Source of the DNA: a virus
Virus record (IMG/VR): IMGVR_UViG_3300042291_001568
Coordinates: 1 to 64,000 of that record
Reading direction: 5' to 3' (one strand)
Length of the DNA: 64,000 nt
Position numbers and translations under genes: made by a program. The notes beneath the pieces were generated by a model. That model was not told the DNA's origin. It searched no databases and saw only the letters and a list, made by a program, of their open reading frames with translations. Below, in pieces: positions 44,216 to 52,444 of this stretch (position 1 is its first letter; every line of letters starts with the position of its first letter).

Positions 44216-44377
44216 ATGACCACATACACAGTAATGATCGCCGATGGCGGTGGAAGCGAAGTTTACATCTCGGGCGTCACGCTCGAGCACGCCGAGACTC
44301 TTGTCGCGACGAACAAGCTTCAGAATGAAGTGAAGTACACAGGCAGCGTCCTGTACATCCGCGGACTCAAGAAATAA
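44216..44377 (+). CDS. hypothetical protein (53 aa)
   Basis: Last promoter copy with hairpin leader. Confidence 0.65.
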   Translation: MTTYTVMIADGGGSEVYISGVTLEHAETLVATNKLQNEVKYTGSVLYIRGLKK

Positions 44378-44395
44378 CCGACGAAAGGAAACAAC

Positions 44396-44956
44396 ATGAC
44401 AACATACGCACCACCATCAGAGAAGCAAGTGGCTTTCCTCAAGTCACTGCTCGGCACCCGTGAGGTTGACGAAGCGGTGAAGAGTGATTTGCTCGAGCAG
44501 TTAGAACTTGACGTCCTTGAGAAGCGCATCGCAAGTGAAGCGATTGACTCGCTACTCAAGTTGCCGAAGTTGCCGAAGTCAACCACGCCGTCGCCGTTCC
44601 AAGAACTACTGCGGAGCATTCCAAAGTCGCGGTACGCAATTCCGGTTGATGAACTCGAGTTGACAGATGCGACAGACTCCTTCACAGGCGACTTAGTATT
44701 TGTTGAACTCAAGGAGTACATGCAGACAATGTACATGCGCCAGTTACACGGTGCCCCAGGTGGCTTCAGTCGCTCGAAGCTCACAATAGAATCCGTGAAG
44801 GCGATCATCGCAATTGTTGCGACTGACCCATACAAGTACACTCGCATCTTCGGTGAGCACTACACATGTTGCGGGTCATGTGGAGCAGAGTTGACTGACA
44901 CCAAGTCACGTGAACTCATGCTTGGACCGGAGTGCCGCAAGAAGTTTGGGAGGTAG
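44396..44956 (+). CDS. DUF6011-like zinc-finger protein
   Basis: C-terminal CCGSCGAELTDTKSRELMLGPECRKK; N-terminal PSEKQVAFLKSL. Confidence 0.75.
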   Translation: MTTYAPPSEKQVAFLKSLLGTREVDEAVKSDLLEQLELDVLEKRIASEAIDSLLKLPKLPKSTTPSPFQELLRSIPKSRYAIPVDELELTDATDSFTGDLVFVELKEYMQTMYMRQLHGAPGGFSRSKLTIESVKAIIAIVATDPYKYTRIFGEHYTCCGSCGAELTDTKSRELMLGPECRKKFGR

Positions 44957-44960
44957 GAAC

Positions 44961-45281
44961 ATGAGCACATATTCAATCACGCGCGCAATTGACAAGGCCA
45001 TACTTCAATTTTGGTACTTGCGGGTGTCTATCCGAGTCGGACTTGTTGTTGCAGGTCTTGCAACGTTCATCGCGGTCATCGTATGGCAAGGCAATGACGA
45101 CAGCAAGTACCACTGTGACAATGGTGGCTTGGCAGTTGTCATTCATGAAGGCGACACACTTTGGGACATCGCCAAGCAGTACTGCACAGGCAGCACCGTG
45201 ACAGCGGTTGACGACTTGTACAAGATATACGGTTCCACCCTGTACCCAGGTCAGATCATTCATTTGACATCAACCGACTGA
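44961..45281 (+). CDS. membrane-anchored LysM protein (YneA/ChiZ-like architecture)
   Basis: One TM helix, then VIHEGDTLWDIAKQY...TLYPGQIIHL. Confidence 0.8.
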   Translation: MSTYSITRAIDKAILQFWYLRVSIRVGLVVAGLATFIAVIVWQGNDDSKYHCDNGGLAVVIHEGDTLWDIAKQYCTGSTVTAVDDLYKIYGSTLYPGQIIHLTSTD

Positions 45282-45322
45282 CGCGGTCAACATACATGGC
45301 CTGACTCGTGTAGAATAAGTTC

Positions 45323-46753
45323 ATGGCCAAAAGCATAATGGAGCAACTCGCACTGCTTCCTGTCGATGAACAACGAGTGATACTCGATGGCATGGACATG
45401 GAACAATTGATGTGGGACTGGAGAGCATGGGCTCGCCCTGAGCAACTGCCACCGTCGGGAGACGATTGGGCAATCTGGTTGTACCTTGCGGGACGTGGCG
45501 CTGGCAAAACTCGAAGTGCTGCTGAATGGGTGCGTGACATGGCGAAGCGAACTGACAAAGGTCAATTGCGCTTTGCACTCGTTGCTCGTACTGCGGCTGA
45601 CGTTCGTGACGTCATCGTTGAAGGTGAGTCAGGTATCATCTCTGTTTCACCACCGAGCGAGCGTCCACTGTATGAGCCGTCAAAGCGACGACTCACTTGG
45701 CCGAACGGCAACACTGCAACATGCTTCACTGCTGATGAGCCTGACGGACTTCGTGGTCCGCAATTCCACTATGCTTGGGCTGACGAGATTGCTGCGTGGC
45801 GTCAATCACCTGATGCTGCGGGTATGACATCGTGGGACAACTTGCGTGTTGCTTGCCGTCTTGGTTCCTCACCTCAGATTATCTGCACCACCACACCAAA
45901 GCGAGTACCGATGCTGTACGCCCTGCTCACTGAAGCAGAGAAGACAGGCCGCGTAGTGGTGTCACGTGGTTCAACACTTGACAATGCGGGTAACCTCTCA
46001 GCAACGTACCTCGATGCAATCACAGGCGTGTACGCAGGTACTCGCCTTGCTGCACAGGAATTGTTTGGTGAGATGCTGAGTGATGTTGAAGGCGCACTCT
46101 GGACAATTGAATTGCTTGAACGCTCACGTGAGACTGCATTCCCAGTCGGCGCGCAACTTCGCTGCGTGGGTGTTGACCCATCAGTTGCTGAGAACCCACG
46201 TGACGAATGCGGGATTGTGGTATGCGCATCGAGTGGTGAGCGCGATCTATACAAGAGGCACGCTTGGGTACTTGAGGACGCATCAATCCATGGCTCACCT
46301 GAGCAGTGGGCGAACAAGGTAGTTGACATGGCTCGCAAGTACTCATGCCCAGTCGTGGCTGAAGTCAACCAAGGTGGTGCGCTCGTTACTAATGCGATCC
46401 TCGCGATTGACCCATCAATCAAAGTACTCGAGGTGCATTCAAAGTTCGGTAAAGCATTGCGGGCTGAGCCTGTGACACTCGCTTATGAACAGGGACGCAT
46501 CCACCACGTCAACTACCTGCCTGACCTTGAGTCACAGATGTGTTCATGGATTCCCGGTGAAGGTAAGTCACCTGACAGAGTCGACGCACTCGTGCACGCT
46601 CTCACAGCACTCGTGATCAAGCCACCGCCTGGTTTCGTAGGCGGTACGATCACAGCACGGTCGCCATCATCGAAGCGCATTGCAAGTTTGCGGGACAGCG
46701 TGCTCGGTGGAGGCAGAGGTGGTGCAAGAGTGTTCATACCTCGTACCAAGTAA
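45323..46753 (+). CDS. terL: terminase large subunit
   Basis: Walker A AGRGAGKT, Walker B AWADE, coupling motif TTTP, nuclease VGVDP and SPDRVDA. Confidence 0.93.
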   Translation: MAKSIMEQLALLPVDEQRVILDGMDMEQLMWDWRAWARPEQLPPSGDDWAIWLYLAGRGAGKTRSAAEWVRDMAKRTDKGQLRFALVARTAADVRDVIVEGESGIISVSPPSERPLYEPSKRRLTWPNGNTATCFTADEPDGLRGPQFHYAWADEIAAWRQSPDAAGMTSWDNLRVACRLGSSPQIICTTTPKRVPMLYALLTEAEKTGRVVVSRGSTLDNAGNLSATYLDAITGVYAGTRLAAQELFGEMLSDVEGALWTIELLERSRETAFPVGAQLRCVGVDPSVAENPRDECGIVVCASSGERDLYKRHAWVLEDASIHGSPEQWANKVVDMARKYSCPVVAEVNQGGALVTNAILAIDPSIKVLEVHSKFGKALRAEPVTLAYEQGRIHHVNYLPDLESQMCSWIPGEGKSPDRVDALVHALTALVIKPPPGFVGGTITARSPSSKRIASLRDSVLGGGRGGARVFIPRTK

Positions 46754-46785
46754 TCACGTATGCGGTGAGAGTATATGATGAAGCA

Positions 46786-47292
46786 ATGAACACTGACAAC
46801 ACTCATGAACACGATGCGCCTGTGGCAGTCGAGGTACCAGAAGTAATTGCTGTACCAGAAGTAATCGCCGAAGTAGAAGTACTCGCCGAAGTAGAAGCAC
46901 CTGCGGTACTCAATGTACCTGCTGAGCCACAAGCATCTGCGCCACTTGACAAGTTTGAACTACCATCGCCAGCACCTGATGCTTTCGTAAAGCGTGCAGG
47001 TGTAGTCGTTACCGGAGGTGCAACAGACTCCGTGTATCTTGACAAGTGCGTGTTCAAGAATACGGGTGCTCGCAAATCACTCTCAGTTCATCACCTTCAA
47101 CGTCGCCTCGTCGAGTTGGGTTACCACAACGCACTCGGAGATCCTGACGGCTGGTACGGTGACGATACTCGTGCTTGCGTTCATGCATTTCAGAAAGACA
47201 GCAACATTGATGGCGATGGCATTATGGATGCCACCACACTTGAAGCGTTGTTTGCTCGAGATCCACACGTGACCGTCGTACTCGTCAACTAA
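46786..47292 (+). CDS. peptidoglycan-binding-domain protein with EV(I/L)A repeats
   Basis: VHHLQRRLVELGY...DGWYGDDTRACVHAFQ...DGIMDATT; no catalytic domain evident. Confidence 0.75.
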   Translation: MNTDNTHEHDAPVAVEVPEVIAVPEVIAEVEVLAEVEAPAVLNVPAEPQASAPLDKFELPSPAPDAFVKRAGVVVTGGATDSVYLDKCVFKNTGARKSLSVHHLQRRLVELGYHNALGDPDGWYGDDTRACVHAFQKDSNIDGDGIMDATTLEALFARDPHVTVVLVN

Positions 47293-47295
47293 TAC

Positions 47296-47720
47296 TCTTG
47301 CGGGTGGGCCTCGCTCGCCTCACCACACTCGCCACACCTACTCGCCACGGTGAGTGCACGGTAAATGTATGCGCGGTTCATTGCGCGGTTCATTGTGAAG
47401 CACCTCACTCAGGCGCACGCCTTTCGTTTCAACTTTGCGATTGCGCACCTCACCCAACACGTGTGGCCACTCGCAATGCCATGCGGGTGACCTTTATGAA
47501 CACGCCTTCACATGCGGGCACACCTCACTCGCCATGCGGTGCACCTCATCACGTGCGCCTCACGCCTTCACGTGTACCTCACGTGTACCCCATCACGTGT
47601 ACCCCATCACACCTCATGCACGCCTCGTAGGCACCTCACCTGTGCACCAAACACGCGCACCACTGCCACACGCCTTCACGCCTCACTGGCACCCTCCGCG
47701 AGTGCCAAACACGTGTTCAT
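47296..47720. repeat. low-complexity non-coding tract of short CAC/GTG-rich repeats
   Basis: Recurrent CACCTCAC, CACGCCT(T)CAC, CACGTGTACC, GCGGTTCATT and TGCGG(T/G) units; no RBS-led ORF. Confidence 0.6.
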
Positions 47721-47809
47721 GATGCCCACTTTTGGCCCTCTTCTGGGGGCCTCTCAGGGCCTCTCAGAAGGCCTCATTTTGACCTCACTTTTGGCCCTTG
47801 CTTTTGACG

Positions 47810-48132
47810 AAACCCTTGCAATCATTGGACATTAGACAGCCATATAACATAAGGGTTTGACGACTGCCTGTCATCAAACCATTGCAATCATTGGACCTTA
47901 GAAAGCCTTATGTTACAAGGGTTTGATGAAGGCACACCATGAAACCCTTGCTATCATTGGACATTAGAAAGCCTTATAGAGTAAGGCTTTGATGATGACA
48001 CCTCGTCAAACCATTGCAATCATTGGACATTAGAAGACCAATGATACCAACGGTTTCATGGCACCTTGCCCTCTAACCATTGCAATCATTGGCTTTCAGA
48101 AACCGTTATAACATAAGGGTTTCATGGAAACC
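47810..48132. repeat. five tandem degenerate repeats with an exact 66-bp period
   Basis: Units start at 47810, 47876, 47942, 48008 and 48074; consensus AAACCATTGCAATCATTGGACATTAGAAAGCCTT-N7-AAGGGTTTGATG. Confidence 0.9.
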
Positions 48133-48300
48133 AATCCCGAGTGGACGCTCTATAACCGCTGCCCTCTCGCAGGCTAAAACCATTAACCATAATGTACTAT
48201 TTCTCTAGCTGTACAAATTCCCCAAAGCCTTTTTATCCTTAAGGTACAAATTCCTCTGTTGTACACAAGTTTTCCGCTGCGGCTATGATACGTTGAAGAC

Positions 48301-48849
48301 ATGGCCAAGCAAGTTCTTCCACATTCTGAGCGTGAGTTTCTCGCCGTCCTTAATGGTAATGAATTAAAAGCGCGAGTAAAGGCGCTTTCAAGTGCGGGTT
48401 GGTCACTTGGTGCGATTGCCGATGCGTTCACTCCTCCCAAGCAACGTTCATCCATCCGTGTATGGGCCACTGGCAATACGCAAACACGTCCCGACCATCC
48501 ACCTATTCCCTCAATCTCTTCCCCTTCTTCTCCGAGATCACGTTCTATCTTACCCGCAGCGGAAAAATCCGCCTCGGCGCATAAGCACAAGCGCGTCCGC
48601 CGTGCATACGATCCGACCAGTCCTTTGCTTACTCACGCCAAGCAACAACAAATACAAAAGCTCTCACCACTTGCGAGACAGTATAGAGCTCGAGCAAATC
48701 CAAATGGCGTCTACGCAAAGGCAAACGTTGAACTTACAGAACTATGTAAGGATCTATACTTCAAGCAAAATGTCTCTGTCCGAGAGCTTTCCGACGCCGC
48801 AGGTGTTACCTACAGGGCGATGGCTCGAAGAATTGGCGTAGGAAAGTAG
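48301..48849 (+). CDS. double-HTH DNA-binding protein
   Basis: AGWSLGAIADAF and VSVRELSDAAGVTYRAMARRI. Confidence 0.75.
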   Translation: MAKQVLPHSEREFLAVLNGNELKARVKALSSAGWSLGAIADAFTPPKQRSSIRVWATGNTQTRPDHPPIPSISSPSSPRSRSILPAAEKSASAHKHKRVRRAYDPTSPLLTHAKQQQIQKLSPLARQYRARANPNGVYAKANVELTELCKDLYFKQNVSVRELSDAAGVTYRAMARRIGVGK

Positions 48850-48852
48850 CTA

Positions 48853-49251
48853 ATGCAAATAAAATACGATGTCTTTCCTGCACAGGTTCTAGTTTGCCCG
48901 GCGCCTGAAGATAACCAATATGAAGCCTATAGCGCTCTTACCGTTCTTGACGGCAAGCAGATTGCACACTCGCGGAAAGTTGAAGCCGTACGAGTAGTGC
49001 TGTACGGCGGCAATGTTTTGATAGCAGGCGATGGTCAAAACGGACCGATGCTTATCTTTAAAGAAGGCTATAACGAAGAAACCCTAGACTTGACAACAGA
49101 ACGGAACAAAGGAACGTCTCGCCTAGTAACCACATCTGGAAAAGTAGTAATCTTCAGCAAAGACAACAACTGCGGCTGCGGCAGTATGCTGCGCGCATGG
49201 AATCCGTACGGAACCCTGTACTCAGTGAAGGACCCAACAGGAACAGAATGA
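48853..49251 (+). CDS. hypothetical protein
   Basis: 132 aa; NCGCGS motif; same operon as the portal. Confidence 0.7.
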   Translation: MQIKYDVFPAQVLVCPAPEDNQYEAYSALTVLDGKQIAHSRKVEAVRVVLYGGNVLIAGDGQNGPMLIFKEGYNEETLDLTTERNKGTSRLVTTSGKVVIFSKDNNCGCGSMLRAWNPYGTLYSVKDPTGTE

Positions 49252-49532
49252 CTCGTATAATAGACTACACAATCATGGCTTTGGCCATTTACCGAATCAC
49301 AAGACTTGCCACAACTGACGTTGTCTTTAATAAGTATCGCAATCGTATTTGGAAAAAGTATCCAGCTTCCGAAGGCGGTTTGGGATACTTAATTACCTGC
49401 CCGTGGTGCGTCAGCATCTGGGTATCATTGCCTGCTGTAGTTATGTATAGAATAAACACTGACTGGACAGTTGTTGTATTAAGCATCTTTGCTTTTTCAA
49501 CTATCGTCGGGTTTCTTAACCGCGTTGATTGA
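49248..49532 (+). CDS. DUF1360 membrane protein
   Basis: LAIYRITRLATTD...GYLITCPWCVSIW. Confidence 0.85.
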   Translation: MTRIIDYTIMALAIYRITRLATTDVVFNKYRNRIWKKYPASEGGLGYLITCPWCVSIWVSLPAVVMYRINTDWTVVVLSIFAFSTIVGFLNRVD

Positions 49533-49599
49533 CATACAAACACACTAAGCGTGTTAGTATGCCTTAGTCAACTCCGTTGTAACGACTATAGGAGATAAC

Positions 49600-51357
49600 G
49601 TGGGCGTTTTCCGCCGAGATTTTATTGAGCCAACACGCAGGACTGGCAAGCCTGTAGCACGATCATCCGCGCAGCCGACCTTTCCTTCTTCCCCAGGATA
49701 TTCTGTAGCACAGTCAGCACCATACTCAGCGCCACGAGCTTTGACAGCAGCGGCCGCACAGGTACGAGTCAATGACAAAGGCGAAGCCGAACAGTTTAAG
49801 AACCGTCGTGCCGCAAGCTCGTCTGCTTGGCAGTCAGAGGCTTGGGAATACTACGATGCCATTGGCGAAGTCAAGTACGCCTTTAACTTAGTTGCGTCAG
49901 TTGTTTCACGTATTCGTATTTATCCAGCAGTAATTGAAAACCAAGCTGAAACTCCAGTGTCGGTACGTAGCTCTTCTCAGATTGACCAGCGCTTAGCTGC
50001 AGCAGCCGAGCGCGCGCTTCTTCGTCTTGACTCAGCGTACGGTGGCCAAGCAGGATTGCTTCGAGATGCCGCGCTCAATATAAGCGTCACCGGCGAATGC
50101 TACTTAGTGCAAATGCCTGCGCAAATCGGATCTCAAATTCCTGAGTCGTGGGATATTCGCTCAGTTGATGAAGTACAAGTTGATGCAAAAAATACTTATG
50201 GAATTGTCGGTCGTAGGGACTTGCTCACTGGGAGTAACAACAGCGGTGGCGGAAATCGCAACAAGGGAATAGTTGCGCTGCCATCGACTTCGTTTGTTGG
50301 TCGCATCTGGCGCGCGCATCCACGATTTTCTGAAGAAGCCGACTCGTCACTTCGAGGACTGCTTGATCTTTGCGCAGAATTGTTGCTATTAAATAGAACG
50401 TTCCGTGCCACAGCTCGCTCACGCTTAAACGCTGGTGCGTTGTACCTTCCTGACGGACTCAGTGTTGCGGCATCTGCTGATCCTGATTATCCGTATGATG
50501 ACGAGAACAATATGAATCCAGGTATCACGGCTGAAGAAGCTGGCGACGAGTTTGAAGATCAACTCATTGATGCGATGACAACGCCAATTCGTGATGAAGA
50601 TTCTGCATCAGCAGTTGTTCCTTTGATTATCCGTGGTCCTGCTGAGCTTGGCGACAAGATTAAGCAATTCAAGTTTGAGCGCTCGTTTGACCCGGCGCTT
50701 GCGCAACGAGCTGATCGCGTCTTAGACAGAATTCTTCAAGGACTTGACGTTCCAAAAGATATCGTCACTGGTCTTGCGAATGTTCGCTATTCAAATGCAT
50801 TGCAAATTGACGAGTCACTGTACAAAGCACATATTGAACCGTTAATGCTACTTATCGCTGACGCACTTACAGTTGTTTACCTTCGTCCGTACCTTATTGC
50901 TAACGGTTTTGATGAAGGCGACGTAAGGCGTATCACCGTATGGTACGACCCAAGCGCCGTCGCAACTCGTAATGACAGAGCAGCTGACGCTGACTCCGGC
51001 TTTGATAGAAAAGCTATTTCGTTTGATACATGGAGGCGTGCACACGGTTTCAGCGAAGCAGATGCGCCGACACCGGATGAAGTCGCACTTCGTATGTTGT
51101 TTGAAAAAGGAAGCATTTCTCCAGAACTTACTGAGTCAATGATTGGCGCGTTCGCTCCAGAGATCATAAAAGCTACTAGAGCAGCTCAACAAGCTTCAAG
51201 CGTAGCTCCAATGCCCGCCAACATAATGGACATGTTGCAAGGTGGACAGCCAAGCGCCGCACCACCGCCAGAGCAACCTACACAAGGACCTCCACCAGAG
51301 ACGTTAGCAGAACCGCAAGTGGCCGTGGACTTAGGTCCTCAAGCGCCACCGCAGTAA
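49600..51357 (+). CDS. portal protein
   Basis: 585 aa following TerL and DUF1360; WQSEAWEYYDAIGEVKY...SRIRIY...GECY...GRIWRAHPR pattern of actinophage portals. Confidence 0.8.
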   Translation: MGVFRRDFIEPTRRTGKPVARSSAQPTFPSSPGYSVAQSAPYSAPRALTAAAAQVRVNDKGEAEQFKNRRAASSSAWQSEAWEYYDAIGEVKYAFNLVASVVSRIRIYPAVIENQAETPVSVRSSSQIDQRLAAAAERALLRLDSAYGGQAGLLRDAALNISVTGECYLVQMPAQIGSQIPESWDIRSVDEVQVDAKNTYGIVGRRDLLTGSNNSGGGNRNKGIVALPSTSFVGRIWRAHPRFSEEADSSLRGLLDLCAELLLLNRTFRATARSRLNAGALYLPDGLSVAASADPDYPYDDENNMNPGITAEEAGDEFEDQLIDAMTTPIRDEDSASAVVPLIIRGPAELGDKIKQFKFERSFDPALAQRADRVLDRILQGLDVPKDIVTGLANVRYSNALQIDESLYKAHIEPLMLLIADALTVVYLRPYLIANGFDEGDVRRITVWYDPSAVATRNDRAADADSGFDRKAISFDTWRRAHGFSEADAPTPDEVALRMLFEKGSISPELTESMIGAFAPEIIKATRAAQQASSVAPMPANIMDMLQGGQPSAAPPPEQPTQGPPPETLAEPQVAVDLGPQAPPQ

Positions 51358-51376
51358 CATCGCGTAGGAGAACTAA

Positions 51377-52444
51377 GTGAACACGAACTGTCAGTCATGT
51401 GACATAGCATGCGTTTGCACAGCAGGTGCATGTGTTTGTATGCCAGAATGCACGTGCGGTTGCCGCGACGTGACTGGCGTGATTGTAATAACTGACGCCG
51501 CTGACGGATACACAAATGGTGGAATGCGTAGTGGCAAATACGTCATACCAGAAGAGAGCGAACTTGCAGATGCTCTCATTGAGATAACGCAAAGGTACGG
51601 CAAGTTCAATAGCGATGACACTGGTGTCTGGGCTGGATACACGCCAGGCGCGCAAAACGAATTAGCCAGCATCGGCGTTAAGTGCGGCAACTGCATTCTA
51701 TATGAAGGCGGCACTTCTTGTAAAATAATTGAAGCGCAAGTCGAGCCAGACGGGTATTGCCGTTTTGCGCTTATCCCAGATGGGACGGTAACCGCTGCAG
51801 CGTCTAAGCCCGCACCGAAAAAAGATCGCATACGTGGATCAGATACAAATAAAAAAGGATCTGCATCTGGCGGTAAAAAAATAGTTTTTTCTGACAAAGT
51901 AGAAAAGGCTTTATCAAACAAAGTAGAAGAGCATAATAAAAAAGCGTCTGAAGGAAGAAAAGCTACTCTTTCAATGCTCAAGGCAGTTTATCGCCGAGGC
52001 GCCGGTGCATTTTCAAGTTCGCACAGGCCAGGAGTTGGCCGTGACCAATGGGCAATGGCTCGCGTTAATGCGTATCTTCGTCTGCTAAGGACTGGCCGAC
52101 CAGCCAATCCAAACTACAAACAAGATAATGACCTTCTTCCTGCTAAGCATCCTAAGTCGTCGAGAAAAGATTTAGCGATTACAGCATCGGCAGCTGCAAG
52201 TGCTGAATTGATTGTTCACATAGAAAGTAAAGATGCGTACATGTCACCTGAGCATGCGATATTGCGCTTTACAGAATTCTCAGGACTAAACTACGACTCA
52301 GTTCCTATTTTTCGCGCAGCTTGGATGCGCGCTGTAGCTGCTAATGAAGATCCGTACGAAAGAACATCACAGTTGGCAATAACAATGTACAATAGTAAAG
52401 ACGCAGATCTGCTACCACGCAAAAAGACAGGCGATAAAAAATGA
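51377..52444 (+). CDS. head-module protein: Cys-rich N-terminus, HiPIP-like CxxC motif, AVYRRG/RVN domain
   Basis: CQSCDIACVC...CTCGC; KCGNCILY...DGYCRF; LKAVYRRGAGAF...QWAMARVNAYL. Confidence 0.7.
   Translation: MNTNCQSCDIACVCTAGACVCMPECTCGCRDVTGVIVITDAADGYTNGGMRSGKYVIPEESELADALIEITQRYGKFNSDDTGVWAGYTPGAQNELASIGVKCGNCILYEGGTSCKIIEAQVEPDGYCRFALIPDGTVTAAASKPAPKKDRIRGSDTNKKGSASGGKKIVFSDKVEKALSNKVEEHNKKASEGRKATLSMLKAVYRRGAGAFSSSHRPGVGRDQWAMARVNAYLRLLRTGRPANPNYKQDNDLLPAKHPKSSRKDLAITASAAASAELIVHIESKDAYMSPEHAILRFTEFSGLNYDSVPIFRAAWMRAVAANEDPYERTSQLAITMYNSKDADLLPRKKTGDKK

Noticed and set aside
651-46753. Inteins or introns in RNR, ThyX or TerL
   Set aside because: Lengths are ordinary and no splicing motifs or homing-endonuclease inserts are evident.
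47298-47835. His/Thr/Pro-rich ORFs (47298, 47435, 47512)
   Set aside because: All three frames are open because the tract is stop-poor repeat DNA; there is no RBS and the composition is not protein-like.
47810-48132. CRISPR array (the 66-bp period is CRISPR-like)
   Set aside because: The would-be spacers share conserved sequence (AAGGGTTT(G/C)ATG), the repeats are degenerate, and no cas gene is in the window.
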